Positions 51,706-64,000 of a stretch of 64,000 nucleotides of DNA are shown here, piece after piece. The DNA is from Octopus bimaculoides. Taxonomy: Eukaryota. The translations under genes and the position numbers were made by a program. The stretch covers positions 4,982,207-5,046,206 of the forward strand of contig NC_068983.1 of the NCBI RefSeq assembly GCF_001194135.2, read 5' to 3'. The stretch's first letter is position 1. The number at the start of each line of letters is the position of its first letter. Below the pieces are notes generated by a model, which ran no database searches, was not told where the DNA came from, and saw only the letters and a program-made list of their open reading frames with translations.

Positions 51706-52457
51706 GTAACAAACTGAAGTAAAGAAATCCTTGAAAGGGATGTGTTAAACATCCAATTCACTGGTACTTCAGTTGGATACCATATAAATATTGGTATATT
51801 TCAATTATAAAGATAAATTAAATACAGAGATATTCTATTGACAATCCAATAATCTATATATATTACAATATTACATTAAATACTATGAATATAATATATA
51901 ACATAATAATATACAAATAATTATAAAAACCGTAAAAGGCCAACAAATTGTTTCGACATATATATATATATTTTCCCAATATACATAATCATGCTCATAA
52001 CATGGACATTTGAATTAATTTTTACAATCCCGCTGTCCTTTCACACGGAATTTCGTATTTCTGAACCAATGTCCCTGAAGTGACCTGTATATATAATGGA
52101 ACTGTGATTATGTATATCGGAAAATATGAAAAGCACCATTCGTCATTACCAGCGTTACCGTACCGGCACATGTGCTGGTGGCACGTGGAAAACAACATTC
52201 GAGTGTGGTCATTGCCAGTGCCGCCGGACTGGCTCCCGTGCAGGTAGCATGTAAAAACATCTATGAGCATGGCCGTTGCCAGAACCGCCTGACTGGCCCT
52301 TAGCACCCACTACACTCTCAGAGTGGTTAGCATTAGAAGGGGCATCCAGCTGTAGAAACTTTGCCAGATCAGATTGAGCCTCGTGCAGCTCACCATCCTC
52401 AGTGAAACCATCCAATCCATGCCAGCATGGAAAGCGGACATTAAATGATGATGATGA

Positions 52458-52508
<51 letters not shown>

Positions 52509-54623
52509 NNNNNNNNNNNNNNNNNNNNNNNNNNNNNNNNNNNNNNNNNNNNNNNNNNNNNNNNNNNNNNNNNNNNNNNNNNNNNNNNNNNNNNNNNNNN
52601 NNNNNNNNNNNNNNNNNNNNNNNNNNNNNNNNNNNNNNNNNNNNNNNNNNNNNNNNNNNNNNNNNNNNNNNNNNNNNNNNNNNNNNNNNNNNNNNNNNNN
52701 NNNNNNNNNNNNNNNNNNNNNNNNNNNNNNNNNNNNNNNNNNNNNNNNNNNNNNNNNNNNNNNNNNNNNNNNNNNNNNNNNNNNNNNNNNNNNNNNNNNN
52801 NNNNNNNNNNNNNNNNNNNNNNNNNNNNNNNNNNNNNNNNNNNNNNNNNNNNNNNNNNNNNNNNNNNNNNNNNNNNNNNNNNNNNNNNNNNNNNNNNNNN
52901 NNNNNNNNNNNNNNNNNNNNNNNNNNNNNNNNNNNNNNNNNNNNNNNNNNNNNNNNNNNNNNNNNNNNNNNNNNNNNNNNNNNNNNNNNNNNTTTGTTAT
53001 GGTTGAAGAAGAGCTAAAATATATAATTCTTTTCTAGTTACTGTTGCTTCTATATTTTTATAACTTTTATATTGATTTATAAGATATATCTGACCAACCT
53101 TGTAATGATTGTTATTGTCACCTTTGAGGGTATATTTTCATTAAAATAAAAACAAAAAACAAAATAATCACAGCTGTCACCGAACTTCCACTAATTGTTT
53201 TGAGGTTGCCATGCAGTCACAAGCGAACATAGACATCAAATTGGTCCTCTCTGCCTTCACCCAGCTCAACATCCATGGAGTGATAGCTAGGGAAGGAGAG
53301 GGGAGAGAGAGTGAGGGAATGAGAAGCTTGTACCAGAACTCACCTGGTACTTATGTCGCATGAATAGACTTCTGCAACGTTAAGTGAAGAGCCTTGATTA
53401 AGGATACAATGTACTGCCTGGTCCTGAAATTGAACCCATGATCTTATACAATAATAAACCACTGGGCCATGTATCTGAATCAATATTTTTTGTTTATTTC
53501 ATAATATTTTTATCACATGATCATGTGATCGACCAGACTATTGGATGTTGTTAAACATCGCTGGTCACAATGCGCTTTGCATTGTTTTAGCTTTCAAATG
53601 ATGCCACCCCACTGGCTAGGCGGAGCCAGGCCCACATTCCCCCCCTGGTTGGAAGGTTGGTTCGTTGAAGGGTGTACCCATTTACAGCCAAGTGGACTGG
53701 AGCAATGTGAAATAAAGTGTTATGCTCAAGAACACAATGCACCACATGGTCTGGGAATCAAACTCGTGACCTAGAGATTGTGAGTGCCACTGGGCCATGT
53801 GCCTTTGCATAATGTTTTTATACTGACCCAATACCAACATCATCTGACATCAGGGTGTGAAATGCTGATTAGGGGACCAATGTTACTGGTGCCAAGGGCA
53901 AGACAGGAGCAACCAGTCCACTCTGTGAAGTGGTCAGTTTTAGGAAAGGCATCCAGCTGTAGAAACCATGGCAAAGCAGACATTGCAGCTTGATGCAAGT
54001 CACGGCAGCTTGCTGCACATCTGCGGCTTGATGCATTCCTCTGGTTTGCTGGGTCCTGTCAAACTGCCCAACTCATGCCAGCATGGAAAACTGGCATCAA
54101 ATGATGACGGTCGTGATGATGATAATGACGACGACGACGATGACGATATGTTGCCCTTTTTATTGTAATAAACCTTCAGGGGTCAAAAAGGGAGACATGA
54201 TTGTTATTTATTTCTAGTAAATTCTACAAGAGTTAAGAAACATAAAATTCTGGATTACTGAATGTATGTCATTAGAGCAATGACAGGCACAGATATTTGG
54301 GATTTGCTTCTCATTAAAAGATATTAATCTGTCTACCTTAGTCAAAACTGGCTGAAAATAGGAAATATTTCAATTCATTTATAGTTGAGTGATTAGTGTT
54401 AACGAGAGCATTAAACAAACTCTGTGTGTCTGTGTGTAGTGGTTCCACAGGCTCTGTGTGTATAACCACTCTGTCTGTGATACAATATACTGTCTGTCAG
54501 TCTGTCTATCACTTCCTCTCTCGTTTTCTCTCTTTCTCTCTTTATATATTTGTGTTTGTCTAATGGATGTACAAGCTGGTTCTGTGGGCAACATTCTCTG
54601 TCTCTCTTTTTCTCTCTCTTAAT

Positions 54624-54656
<33 letters not shown>

Positions 54657-55279
54657 AGTGACTGGACAAACAAAACAAACAGGCACTCAACACATTTAGT
54701 CAGAGTTACATGTATTGTTGTTTAAAGCAGTTTGTTTCAGCTCCAAACAGCTTAACGTTTTGCAGGCTTTTAACTGAAACCCAGCTCGTTCAGGCTTAGT
54801 ATATATAGTTATTTATATATAGTTATTTATATATATATATATATATATATATCTATTTATTTATTTATTTATACACACATGCACACCCACATATAAGGGT
54901 GTGTGTATAGTGTTTCAACAAGCAGTATGTATACAACTCATGAGTTAAGTGGGACAACACAACACAACACACTACACATATGTGTGTCTGTGTGTGTGTT
55001 TGTTTGTGTGTGTGTGTGTGTGTGTGAAGTGTGAAACATGTGCAGAACCAACGAACAAATAATGTATCAAACATGAACCTATATTAGGTACACTTAGACA
55101 TTGACTAATGTAACAATGTAGAAGATAAAAATCTAGCAAACTACATGTCGGGTAACATTTGTATGGTTCAGGACAAAAAGGTGTGTGTGTGTGTGTGTGT
55201 CGTCGTGATATGAAGCTAGACCTGAAGGTATATATATATGCTGTGCTGCAATGTTATTACAGCAGTATGTGTATATTCT

Positions 55280-55632
55280 TTTCTACTGTAGGCACAAGGC
55301 CTGAAATTTTTGGGGAGGGGGCCAGTCAATTAGATCGACCCCAATATGCAACTGGTACTTAATTTATCGACCTTGAAAGGATGTAAGGCAAATTTGATCT
55401 TGGCGCAATTTGAACTCAGAACATAAAGACAGACGAAATACTTCTAAGCATTTCGTCCAGTGTGCTAGTGGTATTTCGTCTGTCTTCGTGTTCTGAGTTC
55501 AAATTGCGCCGAGATCAACTTTGCCTTACATCCTTTCAAGGTCAATAAATTAAGTACCAGTTGCATATTGAAGTCGATCTAATTGACTGGCCCCCTCCCC
55601 CAAAATTTCACGCCTTGTGCCTACAGTAGAAA
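55280..55632. repeat. Head-to-head palindrome of a Meta-like SINE (162-bp arms, 29-nt spacer)
   Basis: Arms 55280-55441 and 55471-55632 are near-perfect reverse complements. Confidence 0.85.
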
Positions 55633-55862
55633 TCAAGCCAAAACAGACTAGAAAACATGGTGCGGGCCCTGGCCTTGCTAGTTCCTGTCAAACCATCCAA
55701 CCCATGCCAGCATGGACAACAGACGTTAAATGATGATGATGATGATGATGATGATGATGGGGTATGATATTACATCTAAATGTAACTGGTGTGTTGTGGC
55801 CCAACTTCCTGAACATAACAATCAATGAAACCAACCCTGGTTGTCAAGTAGTGGTCGGGAAC

Positions 55863-55902
<40 letters not shown>

Positions 55903-57389
55903 CACAATGGGCTTCTGGTCAACCCTTGGGTATAGTAGAAAATATTTGGTCAAGATGTCATGCAGTGGAATGAACCCAGAACCGTGTTTAAGAGATGAAC
56001 CATGATTCTGCATCAAAAGATAAATTCGATAAACTGATTGAGTCTCACAGGGGCAATGACTGGTGACCGAGACCTTTGGTGATGTGCTGTGCTTGAGAGG
56101 ACCCATCAAGCCGAGTGCACCCATGCTGGTGGTACATAAGGAACACCTTTTCAAGCGTTGGGCCTCGTGGAGGTAAAATGGCTGAATTCCTGTCATGTGT
56201 TGAGCCTCACGAAAGCAAAGTGGCTGAGTTCCTTTCAAGCATTGGGCCTCACGGAGGCAAAGTGGCTGAGTTCCTTTCAGGCGTTGGGTCTCACAGAGAC
56301 AATGACCGAGACCTTTGGNNNNNNNNNNTTCCTTTCAGGCGTTGGGTCTCACAGAGACAATGACCGAGACCTTTGGCATTATGTCATGCTTGAGAAGAAG
56401 ACCCATCAAGCTGAGCAAAATCGCAGTCGTGGAAGCAACTGGTGTCATACAAACTGGCACCTGTGCCAGTGGCACATAAAAGCACCCATTACATTCTTGG
56501 AGTGGTTGGCATTAGGAAGGGCATCCAGACATAGAAAACTATGCCAAATCAGACTGGAGTTTGGTGCAGCCTTCCAGCTTGCTATCCCTGGTCAAACCAT
56601 CCAACCCATGCCAGCATGGACAATGGATGTTAAATGATGATGATGATGAGGATTCAATAGAGTACAGACATGTCTGTGTGTTCAGGAGTCTTAACATGTT
56701 TCCTGTTGTGATTATTCTCGGTTCATGATACAGAGTCACATGTTGGGAGAAGATCTTTCAATGCTGCACCATTGTCTTTGTTCTTGATTCCACTTTGACT
56801 TCCTTAAAATCATTTCTGCAATTCTAGGAAGTGGAATTGACCTATCACTATAAGTAATTGTTGCTGTTTAACCCAGTTCAGCCCAAGAGACAATCCAGCC
56901 ATGAACACCTCATCTTTTTAGATTAAGTAGGACTATAATATCCAATGTGTGCTGTCTTTATTTAGGACAGTAGGATGTAACTTAATGGAAATCTGGCTGC
57001 TGTTTCCAGCACATTTACAGACCACCCAGATGTTCCCTCAATTGTAGAGACAAGTGCAATGATGTTATACGCTCTGTTTGTATTAATATTTGGCAAAGAG
57101 TGAGAAGTGTGTTTGTGTCTACATCAGAGCTGAAGGTAAAGTGGATGTGTCATGACTTCACACCAGCTGACCTTTCCAGTATAACGTCACCAAAGGCAAT
57201 GAAGGAATCTGTTGTGTAAGAGTATTGACACTGCTAAAACAACAGCCAAATATGCCTCTTCTCATATTTGTATGTTTAGAGTCTAAACATTTGGAGCTAA
57301 AGGTTTCAAGTTTTAATTCCTGACTTACGGTAAAACAGGGTTTCTTTTCTCATACATTTTTCTTATACTTTTTTTCTTGTCTTGCAAGT

Positions 57390-58370
57390 TACAAGCTGAC
57401 ATCACTAGCGTCAGGGGCATGAAGAAAGCACCAGTGCACACTAAAGACAAGCTGGTTTAAGGTTGCAACTGGAGTCAAGCAAGGCTGTGTTATATCAGGC
57501 TTCCTGTTTCTCATGGCAACAGACTGGGTTATGCAAAGAACAACAGAAAGACGTACAAATGGCTTTAGATGGAACCTGATGAGCACGCTCAAAGATCTCA
57601 ACTTCGTGGATGACATGGCATTGCTATCATCCACCTACAAATGCATTTATAGCAAGACACACAGACTGGCAGAGAACGTTGACAGAATTAGCCTTAAACT
57701 CAACCCAGAAGAATGTAAAACATTAAGGAATAATGCCAGACAGCAAGATTGTGTAAGAATTGGCAACAATGAAGTGGAAGATATTGAAGAATTTGTTTAC
57801 CTTGGGATGACAGTCAAGAAAGACAGAGGGGAAAGGGAAGATATAAGGAAGGGAATATCCAAAGTTCAGAGAACATTCTACAATCTAACAATGGTATATG
57901 GAGAAGCCAAGGTATAATCTGCAAAATGAAGCTGTTCAAGACACTCGTCTGACCTTTATTATTCAATGGATGTGCAAGCTGAAAAGTGACAAAAATGGAA
58001 GAAAAAAAGACAATGGACAGCTTCCGATTTCTATGCTTAAGGAGAATACTTTGACATCAAGTGGCTGCAAAAAGTCTGAAGAGACACAATTGAGAAAACA
58101 ATTGGCATCGACAGAATCAGTGATGAAATAAAATGCAGGGGTTGGAACTGGAACTCAGACAAGATGGAGAAAGCGATTGTATGGCAGCACTAAAATGGCA
58201 GACTGAAGGGGGAAAGAGCATCAAGGTGCCCTAAAATCACATGGTGAAGGACCATTGACGAGGAGAGGAGAGGAGAAGGGTGGAGAAGCAGGAATGAGAG
58301 CAGAAAACAGAAATGGCTGGAGAGACCATGTTGTGTCCTTATGTTTGTCACGACACGGAGAGAACTGAGT
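57390..58370 (+). mobile_element. RTE-clade LINE, 5'-truncated and decayed RT region
   Basis: TGVKQGCVISGFLFLMATDWVM...LKDLNFVDDMALLS...EEFVYLG; frameshifts downstream. Confidence 0.85.
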
Positions 58371-58672
58371 AACACACCGTAAAAGTAGTTGCTGTTAGGA
58401 AAGACAACCAGGAAACAGTTCCAAAGCTGACCCTGGTGGTTGACCTGGCACAGGGGGCTTGCTGGATCCACTCATGCTGGCATTGAACCCATGCCAGCAT
58501 GGACAAATGTAGTTGTATCCACCATTTTCTGGTGATTCCTTGCTACTCCTGGCCGATGATACCTTTGCGCCACTCAGGTGACAACCCTCCCACCGATGGG
58601 TCTGTTAGGATAGTGCTTGTTGGTGTGGGTTTTACAAGTTTGGAGTGGAAATCCTACCTCAACCCTGTTGTG

Positions 58673-58704
<32 letters not shown>

Positions 58705-61639
58705 GTTTAACGTCTGCTTTCCATGCTGGCATGGGTTGGACAGTTCGACTGGGGTTTGGGAAGCCAGGAGGCTGCACCAGGCCCCAATCTGATCTGGCAG
58801 TGTTTCTACAGCTGGGTGCCCTTCCTAACGCCAACCACTCAGAGAGTGTAGTGGGTGCTTTTTACGTGCCACCAGCACAGGGGCCAGATGGGGCTGGCAA
58901 TGACCACGATCGGTTGGTGCTTTTTATGTCTCTGGCCTTTCTACTACTTTAATCTGTATGTAAGGTTTTTCTAAAAAGGTACGCTAGTTCACAACCAGCG
59001 GTAGAGCAGCATCGACCAGCACGACGCTTTGGCATTTCATATAACAATGTCAAATACGAAATTGTTATTAATGTCATTAAACTGGTCTGCAAGGTTTAGC
59101 CTAACTCAGACACAAGTCAGTAGGGCAGGAATTCACAAACACAGCTATAGTCTTTTCTACTCTAGGCACAAGGCCTGACATTTTTGGGGGGAGGGAGGGG
59201 CAGTCGATTATATCAACCCCAGTACACAACTGGTACTTAATTTATTGACTCCAAAAAGATGAAAGGCAAAGTCGACCTCTTGTAGAGAACATGACAACCT
59301 CCTGAGTGCTGGTGCCATGATAAAATGCACTGCAATCATCATCATCATCATCATCATTTAATGTCCATTTTCCATGCTGGCCTGGGTTGGACTGTTGGGC
59401 AGGAGCTGGCAACGTCAGAGTCCACTCCAGGTTTTATTGTCTGTTCTGACATGGTTTCTACAGCTGGATGTCCTTCCTAATGCCAACCACTACAGAGTGT
59501 ACTGGGTGCTTCTTACATGGCATCACCACATGTGGCACCATCACAAGTACTTTTTATGTGGTACCATCACTGATGCTTTTTATGTGGTACCATCACTGAT
59601 GCTTTTTTTGTGGTACCAGTACCAGTGCTTTTTACATGGGTGGGTCTTATACATCCATATATCTTGATACACTCTGCTGGTGTTGGGAAGAATGTCCAGC
59701 TGCAAAAACCATACCAGACATGGAATGTTTGAGTGGAACATGGTCCTTACACCCATCAAGGAGTCCGTACTCCAGCTTGGAGGGTAGTTACTCCATCTAA
59801 GGGGCAGTAACTCTGGATAAGGGTTGACTTGGGCCATTCAACTCATGTCAGTATAAAAAGTGGACAGACAACGATGATGATGATGATGATGGTGATGGTG
59901 ATGATTGTAATGATGACCCCAAGAAATTGAAAGGCAAAGTCAACTTTGGTAAGGTTTGAACCCTGATTGGAGAGGAGGAGCTGAATTAAATTACGTAAGG
60001 TATCTTATCAGGCATCATTCCGTTCTGAACTAATCTCTACCATCTTAAATAAAGGAGATAAAAAAAGAAGTACCTTCGTTCTCAGTCTGATGACGCCCGT
60101 CTTCTACAAAACATCACAAAAGGATATTATTCACTTAAATATTAGACTGTCCCACACAGCAACTGTTGGTGTATATACAATTGCGTCCCTTCATTTCTGT
60201 TGTTGAAGTCACCGATGTTAGTCGAAATTAGAAACGAAATAACGATAATAATAATAATATGAAGAAAAATGTTGTATTTGCTAAACTGTGTAACGCATTG
60301 GGTTGTAACGGTCACAGAGTAAAATTGAAAGGAATTTAAACTGAAATTTTTGCCATTTGACCTTTAATAATAATCTTGCAAGTATGAAAATTGGTCTCTA
60401 AGTTATATTTTGTTTATAACAGCTACTTAACATCATGTTTACACTGGAGACTATCATATTCATTGCTTAGAGCTGGATTAATTTACAAATTATACACATG
60501 CGTCTTTCGTAAACGTTGAAAACAAGAGGGGGATTCTAATCCACTGTGTATTATATATTATAACAGACATGTGACCTAGTAGCTAAGGTGTTGGAGTCAT
60601 GATTGTAAGATTGTGGTTTCAATTCCTGGACTGGGCTGTGTGTTGTGTTCTTGAGCAAGACACTTCATTTTATGTTACTCTGTCCCGCTCCACTGCAAAT
60701 GAAGAACTCTCCAATGAACTGACGTCCCATTCAGGGGAGAGTGTTGTGATTTTGGTTACTTATGTGCCATGGAAACTACGTAATCAACCTTATGAGTTTT
60801 ACTTGAGGCAGTAATGTCTAAGGGCTGGTCGTGGTGGTGGTGATTGTGGTGTGGGTAGCAGTGGTGGTGATGGCAGCATGGAGGTGGTGGTGGTGATTGT
60901 AGTGTAGGTAGGTAGATTGTGATGTATTAGTATAACGTCCAGGAATTGAAAAAGTCTTTAACGTTTCAAGCCTACGCTCTTCCACAGAAAGGAACACAGA
61001 AAGAAACAAGGAGAGAAAAAAATGTGTGTGTTTAGACAGAGGGAGGAAGAGAAGGAGGTGAGATCGATAGATCACAAATAATTAAACTTGGGGATGATGG
61101 AAAAAATAATGAAAGCAGGCAGAGAAAACAAAAGCTGTTTATGAACTTTATTTAGAATAAAACCCATTAAACTAATTATATTAATGTCTGACTTATTACA
61201 GAATAAATTTGTTTAAATTTTGAAATTTGTTTTGATCGAAATTATAGTTCGATGTTTAACAAGAAACAAAAAGTTAAGATGTCAAAAAGGGCTAATTGTA
61301 ACAACAGCCAATTCATGCTACTGAATGGTTTCTTGTTAAAAAAAAAACTTCCTACAGAGGAGAGATAATTTAACCGTTGTCAGACATGGCTTATCGGAAC
61401 AACAACAGCATCAACAACAACAACGTACACTCCAGCTAGCAGATAACATATCACTCAAATGTCATGATGACTGGATTGAAGTTAGTGCTAGTTTATTGTG
61501 TTTTTAATGATTTCAACTGGATTGCCATAGTGTAGTGAAGCTATGGAGAGCAAACTTAAGTGCTGCGTATAAGGATATGATTTCTATGACCAATGTCTTC
61601 AGTGAATTTTGTAGACCGATGTATATCTGTGTGCGTATA

Positions 61640-61688
<49 letters not shown>

Positions 61689-62569
61689 NNNNNNNNNNCG
61701 TTTTGGGATTAGGTTTGCATGATTCCTTATGTGAGTCCGTGTGTTGAAGCATATTCTGTTGTGTCTGGGGAGAGTCATTCTCTTTTGGTGTCTTATAGAG
61801 TCAATGACTATTGAAAAGGTTGCAAGACACAACGAACATTTTAGAAAAATAAAAATAAGGAATAAGTGGAAATTTTACCGGTGACTGTGTTAAATTATAA
61901 AGCACCAAAAGAGAATGACTCTCCCCAGACACAACAGTATATATGTCTCTTCCTAGCACTTGATAATCGGTATTGGTTTGTTTACGTCGCCGTAACTTAG
62001 AGGTTCAGCAAATGAAACGAAATTTAGTACCAAACTTATAGAAAAAACGTAAGTACTGGGGTTGATTAGTTAGATTAAAATCCCTTTATGGTTTTGCTCT
62101 AGCATGGCCGCAGTTCAATGAAGAAACAAGTAAATAATGAAAGATAGCGGCGGGAATTCGAACTCTAGCCGCAAGATTCTTAGTTGGGCATTACGAGTGA
62201 GTATGAAGCTGTGGCGTGAAGTATTTTTTGCGAATGTTCCAGAAATCGCCCTGTTTCCCTCATAAAAACTGTTTTGTCACTTTGGTTCATCGCAAAAGCG
62301 TTGAAGGCGGCTGGCAGACTCACATGCTTCATCACTTGTCAGACAGCTTGGGATATTTACGCAGACAACTCCAGATTCTCGGACAAGCCTATGCTGGACG
62401 TTCACACACTGTCTCATGAGTAACTTCTTCGGATGTGGTACGGTTTTTCTCTCTATCCCAGGCAATATTTAATATTGTTTGCCGTAAATAGCCAACACCA
62501 AACATCGTTATGTCTGGTAATAAATATTACGGTTAATTGTTAGTGACTTTGGTTCAGTTATTATTCTCA

Positions 62570-62800
62570 CAGTATTTAGAGGCCCTCAATTGTTCAACTG
62601 CCAACCGAATGAAATCAGAAATATGAACGAAACCTCTACTGAAGCATTAAAAACAAAACATTGGACAAACTCCTAAGGACGATACCCGACCAGCCAAGCA
62701 TTCAAGAATGCACTCGGGGAAGATCAGCTGCTACAAACTCAACCATGGATCGATTTCCAGTCATAAAGCGGCAACAGAACTGAAAGGAAATAAATTAACG
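62570..62800 (+). mobile_element. CR1/L2-group LINE 3' fragment
   Basis: FRGPQLFNCQPNEIRNMNETSTEALKTK, frameshift, then LDKLLRTIPDQP. Confidence 0.65.
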
Positions 62801-64000
62801 CAATGCTCCAGCATGGTCGTAGACCTACAGAGGGAACCATTATGAGAATAAAAGAACATTCTCTGGGACACATGTGAAATGTGGCATGCAGAACAAGCAG
62901 ATGAAGACCCATAATGTGTGTCATGCACGAAACTCTTAGCCATTGAGTTACTTTAGTAACACTGTCGATTAAATACACACACACACATATATGTATGTAC
63001 GTATGTATGCATGTATATATATGTAATATATAAAATATACATAAAAAGATATATATATATATATATATATATANNNNNNNNNNNNNNNNNNNNNNNNNNN
63101 NNNNNNNNNNNNNNNNNNNNNNNNNNNNNNNNNNNNNNNNNNNNNNNNNNNNNNNNNNNNNNNNNNNNNNNNNNNNNNNNNNNNNNNNNNNNNNNNNNNN
63201 NNNNNNNNNNNNNNNNNNNNNNNNNNNNNNNNNNNNNNNNNNNNNNNNNNNNNNNNNNNNNNNNNNNNNNNNNNNNNNNNNCACACATGTATATACACAT
63301 ACACATATATATATTTATATGTGCATATTTATATACACATATTCATGTGTAGGAGTGGCTATGTGATAAGAAGCTTGTTTCTTAGCACACAGAGTGGCTG
63401 TGTGGTTAGAAGCTTGGTTCCGGGTTCAGTCCCACTGCATGGCAAGGGAGAGATAGAATACGCCCAGCCCTTAGGACAGTCCTGAAGGAAAAGAAAGGTG
63501 ATCACGTGAGGAAAAGAAAGATGGACGATAGTCACGCGTGAGCAACAAGATAGAGAAAAAAAGAAAGGGGAGAGAGAGACAGACAGAAAATGGTGAAGGG
63601 GAGAAAAAGATGGGCGAATATACATATATATGTATGTATGCATGTATGTATGTGTGTATATATATATATACATACATGCATATATGGGTACAGGACGTCA
63701 CCAACGGTTCAAACAACATGAAATACATAAACAACGAGAAAAAATGGAGAACAGGACATGTAATCACAAAGAAAGGACGTTTGACCAGTCGTCGGTTGTC
63801 TATTTGCTCCTCATTTCGAGCATCCGACGACAATATGAGTCTTCAAAGACAGTTGCTCCCATTTAGGATTTATGGAGGGTCAAAATTGGAAACAAAAGCA
63901 TGACAGTGGAGACATATAAAGGAAACCGAACGAAAATAAACATGGAGGGTCGTTAGGCCAGAACGAGAAGAAAATAGTGAACGCTGGGAGGAATATTTTC

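Noticed and set aside
56269-56376. Exact duplication flanking the 10-N gap at 56319
   Set aside because: Assembly artefact; it inflates the 42-bp array

Overview
AT-rich, microsatellite-rich animal DNA with many N-gaps. The repeat content suggests an octopus/cephalopod genome (inference). The window holds one complete protein-coding gene on the + strand, a CEP72 orthologue. I assembled 16 coding exons by hand (966-50775, about 664 aa: N-terminal LRR plus cap, low-complexity middle, C-terminal coiled coil). All junction phases are consistent, though the ends of exons 5, 13 and 14 are uncertain. Intron 3 (9066-10778) is a U12-type GT-AG intron. Almost all ORFs in the supplied track are repeat or microsatellite noise. 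Introns and flanks contain tRNA-derived SINEs (one with a Meta-like core), a V-domain-like element joined to an RTE LINE 3' end with a 66-bp minisatellite, fragments of RTE, CR1/L2-like and R4/Dong-like LINEs, and several MITEs. The most notable signal is a Penelope-like non-autonomous element present four times as an outward-facing inverted pair. It carries a tRNA-like Pol III cassette and minimal type I hammerhead ribozyme motifs. The copy at 25594-25639 (-) has an intact core and stems, and a second hammerhead family lies at 15807-15854 (-).
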